A DNA stretch of 64,000 nt from Podospora anserina (lineage: Eukaryota), in the NCBI GenBank assembly GCA_017654855.1, contig CM030332.1, positions 4,030,001 to 4,094,000 on the forward strand, read 5' to 3'. Numbering within the stretch: the first letter of the stretch is position 1; every line of letters begins with the position of its first letter. Positions 38,757 through 51,596 of the stretch are shown one piece after another. Below the pieces are notes generated by a model. That model did not search any database. It was not told where the DNA came from and saw only the letters and a list, made by a program, of their open reading frames with translations. The translations under genes and the position numbers were made by a program.

Positions 38757-41700
38757 GGGTTTGCAATGTGAATGACAGGCTGATGATGTGATGGATTGGA
38801 GTTGAGTTAGAGGCAAGGTGTTGGTGTTTGGTTCCTTGTGTGGCAGGGTAATGTTGATTGATGATGGATACTTAATGATGGATATCACGATGTATGGGTA
38901 TACCCGGGTGTTTTCGTTTCTATTAGGGCATCATGTACGTCGTCAGGATACCGGAGCAATATATTGGGCTGTATATATCATCAAGAAAAGACTGGAAATG
39001 CGTATGGTTTATAGTCAAATCAGCGGGCAGTTTGGATTTTGCTTTAGAAAGCCGAGCAATCAAGGCTCTCCGAGATGAGCAAGGAGCAAGAATACCAATC
39101 TGACGCATCCGAAGATATTGAGATGGACGAGGATCCGCGGTTCCTGACAGAACAGCCTTGTCTCCAAGGCGAGAAGAACCCAGAACACCCTGGTGGCCGG
39201 GCTCGGAAGCGTTGCTGCGTTGGTCGGCTGCGTTCTTCCCACTCCCGGTTGGCCCTGGCAGAGGGCTTCTTAAGGGACTGAATGTAAATGTAGGTGGGAG
39301 AAGAGAGCTAAAGAAGAAAAGATGGGGTTTTCAGGTGGCGGTTGTAGTGAGTTGGAGGTTTTAGAAGGGGACAGATGCGGATGTGACAATTGAAACTGGA
39401 TGCTAAAACATCATGAAGACGAATGTCCAAATGGTGTACCTGACTTGAGGACTCGTTCAATCTGGGTAGAGTCACTATCTGGATGACGTTAGGACTTCGC
39501 ACCCCGTTCTGAGGAAACTTTATCAGCAGTGGCAGGACAAAGAGCTTTGCGATATGAAATGAAATGGCGAATAACTTGCTTGCGCGGGATTCTGGGACGG
39601 TCTTCTTCATTTGATACCTGGTAAAACAAACCCAAATGCTATGATATGGCCGTTTCAAATGTTGAAAGTAAACCACTGCTAAGTCCCAACATCCCAATAA
39701 ATTCTGGGAAAACTGGGTTATCACCAGGGACCATATCACATCCTCACTGTCTGTGCCGACATCACTTCATGGGAGTTTACATTGGTCATGAGAAGGATGG
39801 GAGACAACCATCAGTCAGGCATACCATCAGCCATAATATATTCAACACCATCGACCATCATATAGTCAACAGATTAAAGTCCCACACGAGATCAATGGCC
39901 ATTTATGGGCCTTGGTGCTTATTTCCTACCCCTGTTTTCATGCCGAGACGTTGCGTTTGAAAGCATCACCAATGCCGTGATGTGAGCTGAAGCCTCTTGG
40001 AGTGCCTTTTTCACCCACAACATGCCAGGAATCTCGGAGAAGTAATAATAAAACGAGGGATTTTGTCAAGATACCATTCTCAGAATGACCTACTGAGTGT
40101 CCTGCCAATTTGAGAGACGCCCTTGAGCTTTAAAGTCGAAGATCGCCAATATTCTGCACCCATTTTGATGCCTTTTCGACATGGCTCAGTCACAGCAGTC
40201 GCGGTGGTAGTCTACACGATACGGGATTTTCATCAAGTTGCGTTTCTCTCATACTGCAAACATGAAGGCCGCGAGTGCTTGGGAACAGTGAAAAACCGCC
40301 ATCAAAACAGTTCCGACGACCCAACAGGCCAGAAATCAATCTCGGCTTAGACCCCATCGCTGAGTCCTACGATTGAAGGAGAACAGAAGAAATCATGATG
40401 CCCCACGATCTCCTCAATATTCCCGAACTGCAACTTTCCAGGTCATTTTTCGCGCGGCTTGACATCGAACATGAGGAATTATCACCAAACTCACCCTCTG
40501 CAACTTCACCACCCACTAAGCTCACCGACCCCCCAATCCCCCATAAAAATTCCGCTGCCCTCCTGCCCGAGCTGCCTCACCGTCTTGAAGGCTCACATCA
40601 CAGTCCCTCCCACCCTCTGCCACTCTCACCACCCGTTGCCCCCACAGCCAAAAGTGGGTCCTCCCCGCTCCTTCCCAACTGCGCACACTTTCGCTCCTTC
40701 CCTCAGTGCAATTGACGCGCAAGTTTCTCCAGGCAGCAGGCTATCAAGGTCCTTGTGCCTTCCATTTATATCGGTGTTCAGCTCAATTGTGAGTCAGGTG
40801 GTTGGGTGCCTGATGGTGAGGGTTTGGTGGGAAAGGCGGGTGCAATGTTTACTTCGGTGGAGTACGAGATAGGGGATGCCAAGACTTGAGGTTAGACCTG
40901 AGTTTTGCCGATGATAGGAGACGTCGGGTGATGTGCAAGGCTGTAGATTCATGAGGCTGGGGATGTCTAGAGGTGTTTTTTTGGATCTGATTGGGTTGTG
41001 TTTTTTCTGGGAGGTGTGTAGGGCATTGGGTGTGCTTTATTGCTTGAGATATCATGTTCAGGATGGCTCTGCGATGTTGAGGCTCCCTAAGTCAAGCATG
41101 AGATCTGGAAATGGTCAGATGAATATCGAATTGAAGATAGCATGAAGGCTGGGTAGTGGTCCAAGAGTGTGCTTGAGTTGGCTTTGCCAGGCAATCTTCC
41201 GTGTGTTCTTGTTTGGTGACAATGATTGTGGGCGTTTGCAGAGATACCTTTGATCAAGACAGCAGCGTTTTGAATAGGAGGACAAGGTGGTTAAATACAA
41301 AGAAAAGAGTCAATGCCCTGGCGTCGTGTGGGCTTTTTGATCCAACATCTGTCTATATACTACATCATCACTGAAAAGAAAATGCCCGTTAATCTGTCTG
41401 TTGGAAAGATGCTGAAGACCCTTATGGCCTTCATCTACCTGATATCATGTTGTTTTCAACCTCCATTTTGCCTCTGATATTGTCAGAAACTCATATGTTC
41501 GAAATGATCCCATCGCTACCCCAAGTTCAGACCCTAAAAGCGACCACCAAACCCTCTGTTCGAACCTTGATCGACGACATCATCGTCCCAGCTTAGGAAG
41601 GAGCAACTGCCCATTGTTATTGTTCTGCCCCAGTGAATGGGAAAATTCTGCCCACCGCCGTGCCTGACCCTCCGCTGCCTGACCCTCCGCTGCCTGGTTT

Positions 41701-42129
41701 GTTCATCTGCTCTCCCAAATTCCCGTGAACCTTTCCCTCTCTTCTTTTTTTACTCAGTACGACCGATCGCCACGCTTGTAGGTACCCCCATTCCCGCCCT
41801 CTCATGGCATTTATTCTTCTTCTCTTTCGTTTGCTAACGATATTTTCAATAGTACCAGAAATTCGCCATCCGTCAAGCGATGTGAGTTTTTTTTTTTGAT
41901 CTTTGTTTTTCTTTCGACTTTTTCAACTTTGGCTGACCATCTTCGACAGTACCCAAGCAACGACTTTTCGTCTCACCTTGTAGGCTTTCATCTTGGTATT
42001 CTGTGGCTTCACGACATTCGCTGACCATTTTCAACAGTTCCAGCATCGGCTTTTCGTCCCCGCTTTGTAGGTTTTCGTCTTTGTGTCCCACGACTTCATG
42101 ACCGGTTTGCTAACGATTATACAGACAAG

Positions 42130-45100
42130 ATGTACACCATCACCACCTTCGCCGCAGTTGCCTTCGGGCTTCTCGCCCAGCTCGCCGCCCTCGCGGTGGT
42201 TGTCTGCTCCCTCGGCTTAGCAGGTATGTTGCGTTCTTAGTCATTAGATTTCAAGCGTCTGTTAACGAATGTGACAGTCCAAACTGCAAGCCCGACCGCC
42301 GCCCTCGCCGGGTTGGCTTTCCTTCTGTTGTTCTTCTCTCTGGTCTTCCCTCGCTTCCGAAAGGAGTACTTTGCAGCCTTTGCTTCTGCGGTGCTGGGCG
42401 GACTCCTGGCCCACTTTAACGGGTCTGCGAGCTTCTCGTCTGGTGCCTTCACCACCGCACTGACTGTATTTGTGCTTTCTCTTGTGTGCAAGCACTTCCC
42501 GGGATGCTTCAATGTCCTGTGGAGGTACGTCGTTACCGCGGTGTGTTGCCTGGCCCCTGTCTTTTCTCCCTCGTGGAGGGCTTTCCTCGGAAAGTCGCGG
42601 GGGACTTGCAGGAATTTCCCTGAGTTGATTGAGAACGTTGTTCTCATGATTCCGCTGAGTCACATCACCCTCCGCGAGTTACTCAACGAGGTGGCGCGGC
42701 GTCACGTTCAAGAGTTGAGATTTGCCGAGCAATGCGTCACCCTTGGGAAAGTTCTCGACAGCTCTCAAGCCGCTGTTGATGAGTTCCGCCGTGTTCACCC
42801 GAACAGGAGGCTTTCCCATTGTGTGCGCAGATTTATCTGGGAGCAGATCCCCCTTGCCGAGATGGAAGACGGTCTTTTTGAGTTGAGTCGTTTCTCTACC
42901 TGGGAACGGCTCCTCTTCCTCGCCGGTTTCTTGGGTTCTTTGCTGGAGACTGAGCTTGCTCGGTTGAAGGCCGCCTGTGAGAAACTGGATGAGGTGATCA
43001 ACAAACGGCAGCAGTACATTGCTTCTGCCATCCAGATCCAAAAGATTGTCGTCAAACAGACAGCGGCATACCCTATCGTCAAGATCCCGGCTGTGGCGCG
43101 TTTGCCCTCGCGGGCACTCGTGCTCAAGCCCGATAGCTTGGTCCCTGCCGCACTCCCCCCTGCGTCTCCTAGACGACCAGAAGAGAAGAAGGACATGAGC
43201 GTGTTCGAGATGATCGTCTCGACCGCTCGTCACCCCCGCAGCAAAAGCAAGGTTCTCCCCGTCACAGAGACTGAGGTCGAGCTGCCTCCGACCCCCGACC
43301 ACTCCCACTCCGAACCCCCTGCCTCTCCTGCACCCGCCATCATCGAGGAAATCGCTCCTCTCTCGCCATCGACCATGGTCCAGCGCGCCTTTTCCCAAAT
43401 TGAGGGCATGGACCAGGCGTTGAGAGCGTTGTCCGTTCGCGAGCATCACGCGCCGGACAACGAGATCTACGAGATGATGATGCGGCCTCGCAAGGAGAGT
43501 GCCGTCACAAAGGAAGCTCGGTTCGCTCGTGAACGGTCGCTCATTGCGTACCGTCACGCCCAAGCCGAGAAGGAGAAAGAGATCAAGGCTTTGGTGGTTG
43601 TTTCTCCCGCTGCTGTCACTTCGGTGACTTTAGCACCAGCCGCCGCCGCCGCCGATACTCCCTTCGTCCTTCCTTCGGACGCCCCAGCCCAGGCCACCGC
43701 CGTCGCACCAACCTCTTCCGATGATCTGATGTCGGAACTCCGCGTTGCCCTCGCCGCGCGCGAACGAAGCATCCGGAAGACGACGCGCGACGACACCCCG
43801 GCCAAGCTGAAGGCTGCCAATGCCACTGTTCCCGCCACGTCATCCAGTGAAGATGAGTGGGTCACCACGGATGAGAGTGATTCGGACGAGCCTCGCGGCT
43901 CTGAAGATGACGATTCCAAGTCTGACGTCGATTCCGAAGGTCCCCGCGGGCCAGAGGATGATGACTCTGGCGACGGTGATGAGGACGACGCGCCACCGAG
44001 CGTCGCCTCTTCCATTCTAGCTGTTGTGGATGGTGAGCAAGCTTCACCGAGCGAACCCACCGCCGACGCCGTCGATGACAACGACAAACACGGTTCCCCT
44101 GGTCCGTCCGGAAACCCTGCTCTGCCCGAAGCCGAAGTGTCTTTTGACTCGGAAGCTGGTGCGCGTGAGCAGGCCGGCGGTTCCACCCGTGACGTTGCCG
44201 TCACCGTCGGCGGTGACAAGCAAAGTGAGGACACGGATGACGAGCCCGAGACCTCTTTGGAGGAGGAGGAGGGTGAGAGTGATTCTTGCGTTGGTGTTGA
44301 CCAGCAGTTGCTCGTTACACAGCTTTATCCACCGCTACCCCCGAGCCCAACGACGACGACCACGCGCGGTGAAGCCGAGACTTCTTTGGAAGGGGAGGCC
44401 GAGCAGAAGGTGCTGTCTCGCGACAGCGGCGGAAGTGGTTTGACATCTTCGGAGGAAGGGAGTGTTGACACACCACCTGTCGGCTCCAGTCCTGTTGTTA
44501 GTGTGGAGGCACAGACTGAGAACGATGCCGACATCACAAGCCTCTTGGAGGCTTCTCATATTTCGACTTCCGTTGCGCAAGCAGTTGCAGTCCCACTGGT
44601 CACCGCGACAACCACCGCAACGACCGACATCATTGGTGATTTCACGGCAACCACCGCCGACGCCATCACCACACCCGCCGCCATCACGTCTCCTGAAGTC
44701 GGCATCGTCCAGACTGAGGAAGCCGTCATGACGGGGACCGAAGTCTGCGACGCTCTGCCAGGGATGGAGCTTGACGAGGGCTCGCTCGCGCGACCCAACT
44801 CAGTGAAGGTGGACGAGGAGGTGAAGGAAGAGGATTCACGGATGGAGGAGGCAGGTGTCGATGATGAGGGTGAGGATACCGCCATGGTCATCCCCGACGC
44901 CGGAGTAGAGGGTCCCCCTGCCGCGATGTTTGGCTCCATGTCAATGTCCGGCACCCCTTTTGCTTTCGGTGCCGTTCAGGATGATGTCAATATGGCATAT
45001 CCTCAGCAACAGGATTTCGAAAACGTCGAGATGATCGACCAGGGTGTATTCGGCAATACTCTGATGCCGCCAGTGGGGGGTTACCCTTCCCTCCCTTCTC

Positions 45101-45712
45101 AAGAAGGTGATATGAGGTTTCACGAAGCTGACGTGCGGATGGTTGAGCCCGCACCCCAACCGTTCGACTTCAACGCGTATGAGGGTGTGAACTACGTTGG
45201 TTCTGGTGAGCAGCAGCAGCAGCAGCAGCAGTTTCACCCAGAACCAATGGACTACCACCATGATGTCGAGGCCTCTTCTTGCCAGCAGCCTCTTCCAAAC
45301 AACTTCGGTCTGCAGCAATCGGCGCTGGATCCGTCCCAGCCTGATGATCAATACTATCATCAGGTTGGCCAGCAGCTCGCTCAGATCGATTTCGGCCCAG
45401 ACAACCAGTCCCAGCTCCTGTCCGAATCTGACCTGACTTTAATTTTGGACGAGTATCTGAACTGGTCAATGTCGCAAGCCCAGTTTGAAGAACTGGTAAG
45501 AGAGGTCGAGCAGTTCGCCGAGAGAGAGACCCCGGGCGCATGGTCGGGTCCGGACTCTCTTATCGACCCTGCCCTATTCGCACTGCCGACAGACCAAGCG
45601 ACCGACGACGTCCCAGCTGACGATGTGTCCCCAACCGCTGCTTGCGCCGCGGCCCCCATCCAAGCTGCTCCGTCACCGCAAGGCGAGGAGGTAGTGGCGA
45701 GCCCCCAAGAAG

Positions 45713-45743
<31 letters not shown>

Positions 45744-46674
45744 GGGTGCGTCTGCGCCAACAACAGCAACCGCAGCACCGGTGGTGACACCCCTCCCGGA
45801 GCAGGGGATCAGCTACTCCTTCGCGGAGTACTGGTCCGACGTGGCGTTTGATTCCCCGGATGAAGACGACCACGTCGACGACTACGTCCCAGTTCCCGTC
45901 GCCCCAGTGCTGCGTCAAGAAGTCGAACGCCGCCGTCGGGAGCCCCGCTCCAACGGCTCGACTTCTGTTGAAGTTCGCGCAGACGACAGACAAGATGTGG
46001 TGTCCGCCGAACCCGACAGCTCCTCTTCTGATGAAGAGTCTGTCCGGCAGCGCGTCGCCCGTCGACCGATGCTCGTTCCCCGTTTGCGGGGCAGCGTTGC
46101 GGTTCGACAGGCTGTTGCCGAGCAGGTTCGCGCGGCTGGTGAGTCCTCTTCTGCGCCCCCGCAGAAGAAGACACTCCAGGAGGTGAGGGACCGAATCGAA
46201 GCAATGAGGCGTGCTGGCACGTCGAATTTCGCGTCTTCGGACGAGTCGGACGAGGACGAGGATGATTCCCCTCCCTCGTTTCCCATCCCATCTACCACCA
46301 CCACCCCCAACTTCCCATCTGAGGGGTTAACAACACCAATTTCCGAGGAACGAGAGCCTGTCGCTGAAGGGTCCAGTGGCAGCGCCGAGGTGAAGGAGGG
46401 ACAGCCGGCCGGAAAGCTGAAGCTGAAGTCCAGTGAGGTGGAGGCTCACCAGGGCGAGGAAGCCGAGCTCAAGGCAGCTGTTGCGGAGGAGGAGGAAGGG
46501 CACGGGAACATGGCTCCCGGTACCGGGCGGCGTCGAAAGCGAGACATAGGAGATTTTGGTCACCAGGAGATCGAATATGTGGAGCTTCCCGACATCCCCG
46601 TCCGCGTCACCGAGGGCCGCCGGATCTTGTCTTTCAAGAGGCGGATTCCGGGTGTCCACGAGGAGCCCGATTGA
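42130..46674 (+). CDS. Large (~1496 aa) orphan protein: hydrophobic N-terminus, helical segment, long acidic disordered region
   Basis: Exon 42130-42223 splices in frame (GTATGT...GTTAAC...CAG) to a 4.4-kb open exon 42278-46674. No family motif recognised. Confidence 0.8.
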
Positions 46675-46900
46675 AAAAAGAAAACCGAAAAAAAAGGACG
46701 AGAGAAGGATGGTGAGATGATATGAGACACACATGCTGGGACGTTGGCTGGCTATTTCTTTCTTGAGATACTTCTTCATGGAGTAGGGTAGGGCAGGTGG
46801 GCTCAAGATATGGTATGGTTTTTTATTGCCTGCCGCAGCTGTCGTCATCACCCCAGCCTCTGTGTGTTCTCCTCTGTCATGGAAGAGTACTTGGGACTAT

Positions 46901-48360
46901 CTACCGATGCTTGACTCTGGTCCAGCCGCTTGTTCCCCGACTTGTACCACCACTTGTACCATCGCTTGTACCAGCAGCTCGCACGTCCTCAAACCCATCT
47001 TCGAACTCGTCGCCCTCGATATTTTCCCATTCCAGCATCGGAGCTTCGCTCGCCAGTCGCTTCTTCAGACGATCAGCCAACTTCAGCGGCGCGTGGATCT
47101 TGAAGTTTCGGACGACTTCCACGCCTTCGGCACTCGTCAGCGAGGTGTGAGCCGTCCCATGCGACCAGCGACCAATCATTGACTTCGGTTTTGTCACATC
47201 GCCACTGTCCCCATCCCTTGGACTCCCGGCTGGTGGTGTGAGCGAAGATGGGAAGGTTGGTTCGAGAGACCGGCGGTGGAGTTGATCACCAATGAGCAGC
47301 CGCCACAGGTTGTGTCCGATGTTGCAAACATCGTCGTACGATTCCCTGTCCCCGAAAGACACTCCTTGCGATGCACACAGCCAAGCAACATCATGCGCCA
47401 GCAAACCAACGCCCTCAAGGAACGCAGAGTACGTGTTTGGATCGTCCTTTGCCAGTGTCAGGAGCGCCTTTTCGATGAAGAGCGGACGGGGCCGTGGATT
47501 TCCAGATTGTCCTGACATGGCTGTTCCGGGGAATGGTACATCCCCATGGTGGTAGGAAGAGTTCACCGAGAATATTGTCGGGCGAGGGTAGTCACGATGA
47601 GGGAGTGTGATTTCCGCCGGCAGCCGGATCGCCAGATAATGCGAGGCCAACACGAGAATGTGCGCCACATGGGCAAAGACAGTCGATATCACTTCGGGCG
47701 ACAAATCTACCATCATCAGTCAGCCTTGGACATGTTTTGCCAGCTCGTCAGCCTCTCAGCACACTTACTATTCATGGCATGGAGGTCAAAGATTTCGATA
47801 CCGCCAATTTCGAACCGCTTGGTGCTGCCCTTCTTGACCTGGCGCAGCCCATACAGCCTGGCAGCTTCCTCACACAAGAAGGCTCTCGTCGCCGCCATCG
47901 TGTCGGCACTGCGATTCCATTTGTACCTGGTTCTGTGGATGGCTCGTTGCGTCTCTTCCAGCTGCCTGCTTCTCCTGGCTTCGGCACCAGTCGACACAGC
48001 CTCAAGATCAGATCTCCGTTGGGCGAGCAGCTTCTTCTTATCCTCGATCGCCTTTCGCGCAGCATCAACCTCGCTTCTCAACTTGTCGGCCTGCGCGATG
48101 ATCTCGTTCGTTCGCTCGACTGCAGCTGCCGTATCCGACTTGAGCGTCTCCAGCCGGACAGCTTTGTTGGGGATCTGTCCCGTCTCGCTGGAAATGGCGG
48201 CATTCACCTCGCGCTCGAGCTGGTCTGTCTCAATAAGCGCCTTGGTGTACTCGAGACGGGTCTCATAGAGACGGTTCCTCGCATCCACGACACAAAGGAA
48301 CGGCCGGTCCTTGCTATGGTGGCCGCGGTGGCAAATGTCGCAGTTTATTTTGGCTTCCAT
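46901..48360 (-). CDS. Atg14/UVRAG-family PI3K complex subunit
   Basis: N-terminal CDIC...FLC, a coiled coil, FLCEEAARLYGL, LASHYLAIRLPAEITLP and FLEGVGLLAHDVAWLC. One intron near 47770-47718. Confidence 0.8.
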
Positions 48361-49212
48361 TTTTGCGGGTTGCAAGACAGAAGAGTTGTGAGGTCTCGGT
48401 CAAACAATCAAAGGCGAGCGAGGGTCTTCTGTTTATGAATTCACTTGTTCGGCGCTCGAGGTCCTTTTGGTGGCCCGCCAAAGTACAAGACGTGCTTTCA
48501 GGGAATCGAAGAAGGTTCCATTGTCTTCAGCAGCTTGGAGTTTCTAGAAGAAGATGAAGGATGCAAACAAGCTCGGCTGACTCGAAGCTTGCTGAGGTCA
48601 CCTGCACAGATTCCAGAGTCTCACAGTCACAGCAGAGAAAAAGAAGGCTGAAAAAGAAGCTTGATGTCCTCGAGATCGGTGTTCTGGTGGTACAAAGTCC
48701 AAGTCACAAGTGCGCCTCCCAGCTTATCGGTCCCGCGTCATCGTTATCGCACGCTGCCACCAGGCACCTGCCCCACTCCCCCGCCAATCAAGATCCCTGT
48801 CTCTCTGGCTGCTTCTCATTCGCGACGCGCTTTCACCTTGATCTCTCACAGACAACTCACCAAGCGTCCATCTGCTGCAGAGGGACAGGCACACCAATAA
48901 TTAGCCAGTGTCGGGCACATTGGGATACGGGATTGATCTTGGGCATCCAGATTTCATAGGGAGAAGCGGGGTTAGAACTTTCAGCTTTGCGCTCGCCTCC
49001 TGATTCGCGAATGAGCATCACCATCATCTGAAAGGCAAGCGGCAGTCCCGCTCTTCTTCTGCCTTTCATTCATTCTGTGTGTCCTCAGTTGGAAAGAGCG
49101 AGCACCTCACTCTCCTGCTTCCATCTCCTTCTATTCCTATCGAGCTCATCTCAGAGGGGTGCCTTCCTCAGCGGCTTATCATACTCAAAAACAAAGAACT
49201 TTCTCACTCGAC

Positions 49213-49919
49213 ATGGCAAGCGCGACAACTCCAACCGCCTCACCCCCAAAGCCGCCCCGCCACGAATCACCAGCCAAGAAAGCCGAATCGCCCCTTCCAT
49301 CTCCTTCTCTACACTCGGAGCAGGCAGAATCAGACATCCTACCTCATAGTCCTCTGAAGTCTGTGGCCTACAAGAGGATGGCAGATACTCAGAGCAGTAT
49401 CCCCAAGCCGCCAGGCACCACCAGAGTCGCCCAGGTCAAGACACCAGAACCGCGCATTCTCAAGGAGCGTTCCAACGGGAACATCGCTGAAAGATCGCCC
49501 AGCACACCTGGACACCTGGCGCCTTTTGACTGGGAAGAATTTGAGGCTCGCTATCAGGAGGCTCTTGCCAAAGCGAACGGGGAGGAGCAAGAGTTGTTGG
49601 CTGAGTTTGAGAACCTGATCAAAGAACGTTTACTCGTCTCATCCTTTCATTTGATGACCATGAATAACTAACGTCCCCTGCAGTTCTTCAATGTCTGGGC
49701 ATCATCAGCTTCCGTCCATGATACCGAACGGGGAGTCAAGCGACTTCAAACAAGAGAGCGATATGTGAAGATTGCTGAGCAGAATTTGGCGCAGAAGAAG
49801 AAGCACCGTAGGTTTGGCTGGAATGAGATGGTCTTTGGACTTTTCACTAACACGTTTCCACAGTCACCGAGGTGGTGCGCGCATTTCAAAGTGCCCTGGC
49901 GCTCCTGAGTCAGAACTAG
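49213..49919 (+). CDS. Conserved fungal hypothetical coiled-coil protein
   Basis: Exons 49213-49623, 49684-49807 and 49864-49919 give ...PFDWEEFEARY...ENLIK|FFNVWASSASVHDTERGVKRLQTR...KKH|LTEVVRAFQSALALL. The first donor is non-canonical (see findings). Confidence 0.7.
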
Positions 49920-50359
49920 ACCGGTCATCCAGCAAACACTAGCAAAGCGGATGATTTGATGACGACACGAACATGTCTCTTCTTTCGGGCAGCAAGCAGC
50001 ATCACATGACATTGAGGACAGGCGTTTCGGTTGGGTTGGGTGGTTTCTAGCTGTGAGGATGGGGCTCTGGTAATACATGATTCTTGAGCAATTCCAATCA
50101 AGTTGCTCCAACAAGTCCTTCTTGCTCCCCTCATCCACCAGCAGCCAACAAGAATCACCAGCACTTTCTGGCCAGTGCATTTTATTCGACTTTCATCAAA
50201 AACATCTCGAAAACCCGCCTTGCCAGCATCCACCATTACTTCGACTGCCCAAGATTGGGTCGGGCGCAGCGCACGTGATCACGCGCGCGACCGGCCAAAT
50301 TCACTCTCTTGGCAGCCAATCCACCCATTCTCAACGCTGCTCATTCTGCTCACGCCAAA

Positions 50360-50987
50360 ATGGCGGGCACGTCAATCCAGGTCCCGACAATCAGTCAGGT
50401 ATGTCTTTGTTGTCTGTTTCTCCCGTGGTGCAATTCAGTCGCTAACACTATCCTAGGCTGATATGTTTGCCTTCCACGAACAACATTTCGCTCAATTCGC
50501 GACAGATCACTTCCACTCCCAATTCCTCCGACCTTCCCTCGATGACCAGGAACCCATCCCATCCCATGAACAAGAAGAAGAATACTATTACGAGGAAGAA
50601 GAGGACGATGGACTCGGCTACTATCCCGACGGCGTCAAGCGCACCCTGACCGACGAGCAAATCGCCATCTTTAGACACTCGGAGCTCGAGGCTCTGCGTC
50701 GCGGCAGACAGCCTCCCAAGCCGCAAGGGGTCACCGCCACACTGGCCGAAGACCTCTCCGAAGGCGAGATATCATCGCCGGCGCCAGTCGTCACCGCAAA
50801 AAAGAACAAGAAGCGGAAGCGCAACAACAAGAACAAGAATGTCGGAGAGCCGCCGATGGATCTGCGCAAGCGAACATGGGACGTGGTAGACAAGGGCCTT
50901 GCCAGCCTCGACTACGGTGAAGAAGAAACCCAGCAGCCAGCACAAGCCAGCACAGCACAGCGTCGTCAGATCTCATACGACGATTGA
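50360..50987 (+). CDS. DUF3807-family protein
   Basis: DDGLGYYPDGVKRTLTDEQIAIFRHSE motif. Intron 50399-50456. Confidence 0.8.
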
Positions 50988-51537
50988 GACACAGCCATCC
51001 AGTCTCTCACTCTTCACCAAGTCAGCCAGTCGCTCGACACGCCAAACAACGACAATGAAAATGTAAGTTGCACCATTTCCTTCCCATTCTCTCACACTTT
51101 CATGATGAGATCAATCGTATCGTCATCCTTAGCCGGAAATCTGGCCGGGGTGGTGGCCCTGTTCCCCATAGAGCTTGAGTCACTTCTCTTGAGTTGGAAC
51201 ATGTCGAATCATAATCTTCTCTCTGACAATCATCGTTCACACACCACATTATTATTCTTCACTTGTCCGGATAGCTGCTAACGACTGTTCTCAGAAAACA
51301 GAAAAACAACGAAGAATACGGGGAAGAGGTGTTGGACATGAAGGAATACGAGGAGAAGTGGAATGTCAAAAATGATACGAGAATTGGTGGAGAAAGCCAA
51401 AAGGAATACGAGAAGCAGCGGTGTTGGAGGCGTTGAGGTGATGAAGAGAAAAGGTGACGAGGAGAAGTGTTGAGAAGAGAGGAGCGATGAAGGGGAGAGG
51501 CGATGAGGAGACATGACGAGAGGTGATTAGGAGGCAA

Positions 51538-51596
51538 GGTGTTGGGGAGGGGAGGTGTTGGGGAGGGGAGGTGTTGGGGAGGGGAGGTGTTGGGGA
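51538..51596. repeat. 16-bp G-rich tandem repeat (GGTGTTGGGGAGGGGA) x ~3.7
   Basis: Three exact copies plus a partial one. Confidence 0.9.
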
